From Chiloscyllium plagiosum (lineage: Eukaryota), in NCBI RefSeq assembly GCF_004010195.1, contig NC_057759.1, positions 163,644-221,310 of the forward strand: a stretch of 57,667 bases of DNA, read 5' to 3'. The first letter of the stretch is position 1; each line of letters begins with the position of its first letter. The translations under genes and the position numbers were made by a program. The notes under the pieces are model-generated. The model ran no database searches. It was not told the origin of the DNA and saw only the letters and a program-made list of their open reading frames with translations. Positions 48,544-57,667 of this stretch are shown piece by piece.

Positions 48544-49297
48544 ATGTTTAAGTATCATGCTCTCCCTTTCAACTTCTGCAGAATGAATATGCGAGAGCAG
48601 CTATCAGTCTACGCCTGTCAGTTTCTGTTGTGTCCACATGAGAATCAGGAATTGATCTAACCTGGTCAGTTTCTACTGTGTGACTGCTCAATCAGTACCA
48701 GTCACATTCAACTCTTCTGTATCAAAGTTGCGTAATTCGCTGGCAGCCAATAATATTCTAAGAGTTGAATAATGACAACGAACCTATTGTTGTTTGTCTG
48801 AAAACCCCATCTGGTTCACTAATGTCCTTAAAGGAAGGAAATTGCCATCCTTAACCGGTCTGGCCTACGTGTATCTCCAGACCCACAACAATGTGGCTGA
48901 CACATAACTACCCCCTGGCAGTTAGGGATGGGTAATAAATGCTGACCTAGCCAGTGATGCCATCATCCCGTGAATAAATTTTGGAAGAAGAATTCTCTGT
49001 GACTGTGATTGATTCTGTGATAGTAGATTTTCGGATGTGATCATTGGGCCTGAATGTCTTCTGCATTTTGTGATTTATGAGAGTCACAGAATTGGTACAG
49101 CCATTCAACCCATTGTGTCCATACTGGGACATTCTATTCTTCACTTGTTCTCCATACTAGTTTCTATTAACTGTTGGGATTCTGAACTTTATCCACTCAC
49201 TGCCAGTAAATGCTAATTTGAGATTATTTCTGCAGTTATCTGTCTTTGAATAACTATAGAGCCAGTTTTGTTCTGTGGGCAACAGTGTCAGCTAAGA

Positions 49298-49615
49298 GTA
49301 GATTAGATTAGATTACATTACAGTGTGGAAACAGGCCCTTCGGCCCAACAAGTCCACACCGACCCGCCGAAGCGAAACCCACCCATACCCCTACATTTAT
49401 CCCTTACCTAACACTACAGGCAATTTAGCATGGCCAATTCACCTGACCTGCACATCTTTGGACTGTGGGAGGAAACCGGAGCACCCGGAGGAAACCCACG
49501 CAGACACAGGGAGAACGTGCAAACTCCACACAGTGAGTCGCCTGAGGCGGGAATTGAACCCGGGTCTCTGGCATTGTGAGGCAGCAGTGCTAACCACTGT
49601 GCCACCGTGCTGCCC
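49298..49615 (-). mobile_element. Young HE1-type SINE
   Basis: Near-identical to 57340-57666. Confidence 0.92.
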
Positions 49616-51114
49616 ACTGTGGATCTCATTTTCTTTTCACGTTCAGTTGTATTTGTTTGGTCTGAGTGTAGGATAAACTCGATCAATATTCACTAATCAT
49701 TTGTGATTGAGGGATGAATGTTGGTTCAATAGTTATCTTTGCCATGAATCTGAATTTTATTGCGTTCAGACTGTTTTTTAACATTTTGTGTACACAGTAG
49801 TCTTTATCAGTTGCTGCTGGAATCTGTAAGATGTAACATCTAACACTAACCGAAGCAATTAATGGTTTGGTGTGTCAACTTATAATTGTCCATGTTTGGA
49901 AATACCTGGGCCTAAATTTCATTTTCTTTCCTGTCACCATTAACTGCCTGAGGTAGAGTGAGTTTTCTGTTATGCTGCCAATCTGTATCACTTGAAAGGA
50001 GTGGCACTGATCTATATCACACTGACATATTCTGTATGTCTCCTTGTGTTTCCAATTTTGCATGTCATGATCTGACACACATTATGGGGTGAATTTAACG
50101 CTGTATAAATCAGTGTTTCATACATTAAAACAATACAGAAATGCTTCTGCATTACTCAGGCCTTCAACCAGAAAGTGAGTGTGGAGGAAGTGTGTGTTCA
50201 TCAGCACCAGGCTCAGTGTGGGAATGGGATTCATTCACTCTCTGACACTAGATATCAATGTGTTCCTTATTCTTGGTTATTGTGTTTCACAGTGCTTCAG
50301 TGCCATCTAAATTGAAACATGCCACTTTTAGTAACTGCAAGTATAATTCATTGTTCAAACTTCTGCTACTTGACATGAATGAGGTATTACCCATTGCCAC
50401 TGGAGTCAGCTCCTGTCAGTGAAAGTGGATGTGTTTGTATATCTGTTAATCTCTGGGACTGCACATGTAGTTCGATAATGTCTACAGCCAATGTTCTTTA
50501 TTTTTAGTGCCTATAGGATCCATGGACAGGTGAACAAGCAACACATTGCAGCAGAAAAGAAACTGTGCTTTTCTTCAGAATCAAGGGGAGAAAAGCAATG
50601 GACCTTTGTAACTTTTATAGTGCGGAGTGTAACTGGGAATAGTGATATTAAGGTTTGGTTTTCAGGATGCTATCAATTTTTGCATAGTGACATATTTTAC
50701 CAATGGATTAATGATCAGTATTAACCGAATCCATTTGCAAATAAGTGAACACTTCAACTGCATTGCAGCTAACCGACTACAGTGTTCCTTGTACAGGAAA
50801 GAGAATTGGCCAATTCTATTTTATTTACTAATCTGGACAGGATCTAGTGCATTACTGTTGTGTTGCTCAATAGTAGGGAGTAGGAAAGCAAAAGGACTTT
50901 TCTTTTCCACCATTCAGTGAAGAATATTCAAACTGTCAATTGAGCAGCTTGACAAACCTACCAATTTTGGCTTTTTCTTTCTTTCTGCATTGCTTCAAAT
51001 AGTAACGATCCAATTCCATGGACTCCTTGACAAAACTATATACTGATTCCTTGCTTTTTTTCTAACATACCGAGGGAAGGGTCAAGAGGAATGCAGGGCT
51101 TTTCATAGAAGATC

Positions 51115-51905
51115 AGAACCCCTGAAGCCCAGGTATCAATCTTGTAAACTTACGCTGTACTACCAGGCCTATCTATCCTTCCTCAGGTGTGGTACCCAGA
51201 GTTCCGCAGATTCCCCACTGTCTGGCTGAAGAAATTCCTCCTCATCTCAGTTATAAAGGGAGTTCCCTTCACTCTGAGGCTGTGCCTTCAGGTCTTAGTC
51301 TCTCCTACTCGTGGAAACATCTTCTCTATGTCCATTCTATCCGGGCCTCTCAGTATTCTCCCAAGTTTCAACCAGTTTCTCCCTCACCCTTCTAAACACA
51401 ATCGAGTCCAGACTCATATTCCTCAACCTCTCCTCATATGACAAGCTCTTCATCCCTGGAATTTTTCTTGTGAACATCCTCTGGACTCCTTCCACGTTCA
51501 GCACATCCTTCCTTAGATAGGGGGGCCAAAACTGCTCACAATGTTCCAAATATGGTCTGACCAAAGCCTGATACAGCCTCAGCAGTACATCCCTGCTCTT
51601 GTATTCTACACCTCTTGAAATGAATACTGACATTCCATTTACTTAACTGCCAACTGAAACTGCCCGTCAACCTGAAAAGAATCCTGAACCTGGACTCCGA
51701 AGTCAATTTGTGCTGCAGATTTTCGAACCTTTTCCCCATTTAGAAAAGTCAACGCCTCTATTCTTCCTACTAAAGTACATAACTTCCCATGTTCCCACAT
51801 TGTATTCCTTCTGCCATTTTGTGGCACACTCTTCTAGCCAAATCCTTCTGCAGCCTCACCCCTTCCTCAATACTACCTGTCCTTCCAGCTATTTTTGTGT
51901 CATCA
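51115..51905 (-). mobile_element. CR1 LINE RT 3' fragment
   Basis: ORF 51337-51633 (FISRGVEYKSRDVLLRLYQALVRPYLEHCEQFW). Confidence 0.85.
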
Positions 51906-52046
51906 AAGAAACACTCAGGACAATGAAATGGCAATGCTCCTCATGTGAATGATGCTAGACCCAGAGCGAATGGCTCCTTGCCCCCAAAGACCAAGGCCAG
52001 AAGAGACCACTCTCAAACAATAAGCTGTTGTACTGGGGCAATCTAC

Positions 52047-52154
52047 AGATTCTGGATCAGTGGTGCTGGAAGAGCAAAGCAATTCAGGCAGCATCCGAGG
52101 ACAGGCAAAATCGACGTTTCGGGCAAAAGCCCTTCATCAGGAATAAAGGCAGAG
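52047..52154 (-). mobile_element. Penelope-like terminal fragment with intact hammerhead motif
   Basis: Near-exact reverse complement of 28137-28240. Hammerhead core at 52113-52140. Confidence 0.85.
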
Positions 52155-52715
52155 TGTCCCAAGGCCTAAAATGTAGGTATCGCCTGAAAACAAGATGAAG
52201 CAATTAGCCATCAGTGTAACGTTCCCTCTTCTAATTCACATTGCCCTGTTGTTAATTTAGTTGACATAGATGGAACATCTCTATGATTTAGATGATTGCA
52301 AACCCGATCGATGATTAATAAATACAAATGTTAAAAGATTTGAAAAGCTTGGGCAGACCTTTGCTCCATCCTATGAGCAAGAGAAACACTAGCGATGTTT
52401 AAATGTGGCTGGGTATTTGAGGGTTAAGATAAACCAGAGAAAATCTCCACTTTCACTGAACCAGAAATGTTATAAAGTGTATATATATTATATTCTTTAC
52501 CAGTCTTTCTTGGTTTGAGATGGTGGAAACTGAGTACACCAAACTGCTATCTGTTTTGGAGTCCTCTATAATCAAAAAACAATTAGCAAAGTGAACCAAA
52601 AGATTATAGATCAGAATGTTAAAATAACAGCAAACAATGCCTCAAAATTAAATATGGAGTGTTAATTAAGATTGCAGTCCCAACCCAACAGTCATATAAA
52701 CCTTAGCTCTTGACT

Positions 52716-55700
52716 ATATAGCAACATTTTCAAAGCAGTTCATGAACCAGGTGACTCAAATAACATCGAATATGTATTTTGCATCAACATTCACGACAAA
52801 GTTTGCGCACACCCTCCCAGAACAAGCTCACATAGGGAAAGTGGAGGCCCTGGGGTAATTTACAATTTTTTTTATTATTAATCACTTATGACACATGGGC
52901 ATCACTCACTGGACCCTGCACTTATTGCCCAACTTATCCCTAGTTGCCTACTTGAGAAGGTAGGGATAAGCTGCTTTCTTGAACCGCTGCATGTGCTATG
53001 GATAGAAGCGCATTGCCCTGAGGGAGGGAATTCCAGGGTTTTAACCCAATGATTCTGAAGAAATAGTGTTATATTTCGAAGTCAGAACACTGAGAGGCCC
53101 AAAAGGGAACTTGTAGAGGGTGGGTGTTTCCATGTATCTGCTGCACTTGTACTTCTAGATGGAAGTGGTCATGGATTTTGAAGGTGTTGCCCGAGGATCT
53201 CTGGTGTATTTTCGCAGTACATCTTGGTATTGCTGCTGGTAAGCATTGGTAGTAGAGGGAGTGGATGCTTGTGGATGTGGTTCCAGTTAAGTGGGGACTG
53301 CTTTTTGCGTCAATGATGTTGAGCTTTTCGAATATTGTTGGAGCTGCAACCATCCAGGCAAGTGGGGAGCATTCCATCACACTCCTGACTTGAGACTGAG
53401 ATACTTGGAATGGCTCAATCAGGGAAGACTCTGACCATATATATCTCTCTAAGGAATAAAATCATTAAGAATCAATATAGTTCTATCTTCCTCAGATGGA
53501 TCCCAGGGTCTACCCTACAAATTCCAAGTTGAGTCACACCCATTGCAATGGCCTCCCTCAGATAAACGGAAAGCCTTTGCATCTCAAAGTACGCCCCTTG
53601 TTCGAGGATCTTGAGGTTTTTAAACAAAATAATAGTTGCCATCCTGTATCCCTGTGTTCTTCACTGAAGAGTACACGGCTCCAGCACAGCTCAAAACTAA
53701 AGGGTCAAAAGAAAAGATGGAAAGTTGTCTTCAACAGCAGTCAGACAGTCCCCAGGTGGCAAATAATATCTGTCCCTGCTGAGTTTCTCCAACCATTTCT
53801 GTATTTCTTTTCATTTCTGACATTCATTGCCTGAAGAAAGCTAATGGAAGGCTGTCCTTTACATCGAGAGGACTGGAGTACAGGGATGGAGAAGAGTTGC
53901 TGCAGTTATACAAAACCTTGGTTAGACGCCACATGGAGCAGATCCACAATTTCTTCAGCCAGACTGTGGGGAATCTGTGGAACTCATTACTGCAGACAGC
54001 TGTCATAATGTCTTTAAGATAGAGATAGGTACTTGATCAGGAGGATCAACTGTTAGAGAGAAGGCAGGAAAATGGGGTTAACAAACATATCAGCCGTGAT
54101 GGAATGGCGGAACAGACTTGATGGGCCGAATACCTGCTACATCTTATGGTCTTGGTTACTAAGAGACTAACAGACTGTGATGCATCACACAGTTTAGGCC
54201 CTCAGATCCAGAGTTCTGAGCACGTACTATGAGCCAGCCACACTAAAGACTGTTCAGGCAGCTGGACGATCAACACAACATACAGGCTAGGAGCCCTGGG
54301 GACCCTGCTTCCCCCATTCTACACAGCTGCAGCTGATCTCATCCCAGCCTCACGACAGTTTCCTGTCCCCACTCCCTTTAACCCCTCACTGATTAATAAT
54401 CTGTCTGCCCCCTCCTTCAATTTATTCAGTGTCCCGACATGCCCCCACATACTGGGAAGTGAACTCCCAGAGATTCCAACCCCCTCTTCCTTGGAGAGAA
54501 GCAATTTCGCAACATCTCTCGTTTCAATCTGTTCCACCCCCTTCTCCTGAAACAATGACCCTCTCATTCAAAATGGTCACACCTGAGGAAACATCCTCTG
54601 TCTCCTTTGTCAATCCTGCCCCCTTTACCACCCTATATCCCTCAGTTGGCTCTCCCTTATTCCCCTAAACTCCAGAGCATATTGGCCTTAACTGCTGAAT
54701 CTCTTTTTCGACGACAAGACCCTCATCTCTGAATATGAAATGTACAAAATCACACTAGATAGTATCTTGGATGTAGAATACACATCTCAAAGTGAGTTAG
54801 TCATAGTTTCTGAGAAGTCTACAGCCCAGAAAAAGGCCCATCGAGTCTGTGCTGCTCACAAACAACCACCTTGATATTCTCTTATCCCATTTCCCCAGTA
54901 CTTGGCCCCATAGCCTTGTGCCACGAGTGCACATTTAAATCCTCCTTCAATGTGATGAGTGTTTCTGCGTCTCCCACCCTTACAGGCAGTGAGTTCCAGA
55001 TTGCACATTACCCTCTGGGGGAACAAGATTTTCCTCATATCCCCTTGAAACCCCCTGGCCCTTACCTTCAATCTATACCCCTCCCCCACCTCCATCAAGC
55101 GGGGAAAGTTTCTTCCTGCCTCCCCTATCTTCATCATTTCACACATCCCTCTCTTTCAATCTACTCTGCTGTAAGGACAACAACCCCAGTCTGTCCAACC
55201 TCTCTCAATCACAACTCTCCAGCCCCCAAGGCAATATGCTGGTAATTCTCCCTGTGCACCCTCTCCCACTTCATTTAGATACGTACCGTAGGTAAAGTGT
55301 CTTTTCTTTCATTTACAGCTCACTCCAATAGTGCATCAGGGAGGAAACATATGTTATTTTGCAGTGAAAAAGAGGGCAGTTAATTTTTAATCAGCACAGT
55401 TATGTTTTTAGCAGGCGGTTAATATAAAGTCACCATTGTCTCATTAGAGAGAGGGAGAAAGAGGTGTTGGGGAGAAAAAGCAAACATCTGTTTTATGGTT
55501 TAACCTGAGGGACACCACATCGAAAGCACAGGGAATGATCACTCACAGCAATCTCAACCAGAGCAGCAATTGAACGCATGCTGTCAGTGTGATTGTACAT
55601 TGTAAGCCTACTATAGAATCAACTGAGCTAACCAACGTCTGCATGGCCAGTGGCAAAAACATTGGGTGGCACAGTGGTTACCATTGTTGCCTCACAATGC

Positions 55701-57303
55701 CAGGGACCCAGGAACAATTCCAGCCTCAGGTGACAGTTTATTGGGAGTTTGCACATTCTCCCCTTCTCTGCATGTGTTTTCTCAGATTGCTCCGGTTTCC
55801 TCCCACAGTCCAAAGATGTGCAGTTCAGATGGATTGGCCTTGCTAAGTTGCCCATAGTGTGAGAGTTATGCACGCTAGGAGGTTTAGTGATGGGAAGTGC
55901 AGGGTTACAGGGATTGGAGAAGTGGTGGGTCTGGGTCGGATGATATTCAGAGGGTCAATATATGGACCTGATGGGCCAAAATGCCTGCTTCCACGCTGTA
56001 GGATACCATGATGTGCAGGTTAGGGGGATTGGCCATGGTGAATGCAGGGTTACAGAGGTAGGGTCAGGACTGCGTGGGATCCTCTTCACTGGCTTGGGAC
56101 AGACTGGATGGGCTGAGTGGTCTCTTTTTCCACACTGTATGGATTCTGTCGACATCAATGTTTAGCTCAATGGTGTGGGGCAATTTATTCTGGTCTCAAT
56201 TTTGATGAGATTCACTTTCAGTTTCTGCAATAATGGGGAAGCAAAATCCTATGTTTTCAGCTCCCCAGGGTATGTCCTGCAGATGTGAATTTGAATCTTG
56301 CTTTGGCAGGTGGTGGATTTGGAATGCGATTTTAAACAAAACAGATCTGGAGTTAAGACTCTAATGATGACTGTTGTCCGGACTAAACAACCATCTGGTT
56401 CAAAATTGAAGACTTAGGTGACGAGGGGTTTCTTCTTTCAGAGGGTTGAGAGTCATTGGAACTCCTTGCCACAGAGAGCTGTGTGTGGGGACAGGGAGAG
56501 GTTGAAGGCTGGAATAGATACATAGATTCTTGATCAGTCAGGGAATTGAGGGTTACATGTTAAGTGCAGAAAAGTGAGCGTGAGGAATCGTGCATCAGCC
56601 ACAATGCTATTGAATGATGAGCAGGCTTGAGAGGCCGAATGGCCTTCTCCTGTTCCTGTCTGCGATGGTCCTTAAAGGAGTGAAATCTGAACTCCCTACC
56701 CGCTCTGCTCTGCACGTGATTCCTAATCCTTTGCAAACTCTTCATTGCCTTCTGGCTGAGCAAGTCGATTGGTTCAAGGACATTTTGGAATTGCATCCAC
56801 TTCCCACCTTGGCAGAGATGGCCACATCCTGTTCAGAGTACAAAGAAATAACATTTGTCAGGGTCAGTTTTTGACTTGTTCCAATTATGTGCTTTGCCAA
56901 GAGAAATTGGTCTGTATAATGACCCCATATATTCACAGCTTCTCCTGTACATTCCGATTGTCTTTCAGGCAAAGTTTGTTATTCTCATCCATTTTCATAG
57001 AGTCACGCAGCACAGAAACAGATCCTTCAGCCCAACTCGCCCATGCTGACAAGGTTGCCCAAACTGAACTAATCCCATTTGTCTGCATTTGGTGCACCTT
57101 TCTTATCCATGTACCTTTCCAAATGTCTTTTAAAATGTAATTGTTCCTGCCTCTACCATTTCCTCTGGCAGCTCATTCTATATACTCACTGCCCTCTATG
57201 TGATAAATTTGCCTCTCAGATCCCTTTTTAATCTTTCCCCTCTCATCTTCAACCTATGCCCACGAGTTTGGGACACCCCTACATTGGGGAAAAGACTATA
57301 ACT
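52716..57303. repeat. Segmental duplication, copy B (paralog of 12927-16328)
   Basis: See copy A. Carries ~700 bp (53016-53715) that copy A lacks. Confidence 0.9.
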
Positions 57304-57339
57304 ATGGTAAATATTCAGCCTGGAGCCCAGTTACAAGTG

Positions 57340-57666
57340 GATTAGATTAGATTAGATTAGATTAGATTACAGTGTGGAAACAGGCCCTTCGGCCCAACAA
57401 GTCCACACCGACCCGCTGAAGCGAAACCCACCCATACCCCTACATTTACCCCTTACCTAACACTACGGGCAATTTAGTATGGCCAATTCACCTGACCCTG
57501 CACATCTTTTGGACTGTGGGAGGAAACCGGAGCACCCGGAGGAAACCCACGCAGACACGGGGAGAACGTGCAAACTCCACACAGTCAGTCGCCTGAGGCA
57601 GGAATTGAACCCGGGTCTCAAGCGCTGTGAGGCAGCAGTGCTAACCACTGTGCCACCGTGCCGCCC
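57340..57666 (-). mobile_element. Young HE1-type SINE
   Basis: (TTAGA)n tail at 57341-57369, with the complete head at the window end. Confidence 0.92.
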
Positions 57667-57667
57667 A

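Larger units (their letters stand above)
45030..48700 (+). repeat. Main degenerate 49-bp tandem array, interrupted by TEs
   Basis: Anchor tgtcag/tttcag at 46064, 46113, 46162, 46211 and 46260 (period 49). Further units at 45030-45225, 47020-47250 and 48145-48700. Confidence 0.8.

Noticed and set aside
45030..48700. Regularly spaced repeats as a CRISPR array
   Set aside because: These are contiguous degenerate tandem units without unique spacers or cas genes, in vertebrate DNA.

Overview
Eukaryotic, repeat-dense vertebrate DNA. HE1-type SINEs, CR1/HER1-type LINEs and Penelope-like elements point to a shark or ray genome (inference). No prokaryotic features, CRISPR arrays, rRNA or true tRNA genes were found. 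Main content: (1) the 3' end of an endogenous retrovirus (gamma-type env TM region plus a ~1.5 kb LTR) and a related solo LTR at 26.2-27.5 kb; (2) a decayed multi-exon gene on the + strand (about 5984-17041) that the ORF track misses, encoding an Fc-receptor-like/PECAM-like Ig domain, a transmembrane helix and a tail with ITIM-type tyrosine motifs; (3) a small replication-dependent histone cluster with an intact H4, an H2A disrupted by a LINE fragment and an H2B with in-frame deletions and a destroyed 3' stem-loop; (4) a Gypsy element with Gmr1-like domain order and two more solo LTRs; (5) many Penelope-like fragments carrying minimal hammerhead ribozyme motifs; (6) layered segmental duplications and a dispersed 49-bp tandem repeat. 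Repeat boundaries were read by eye and are approximate.
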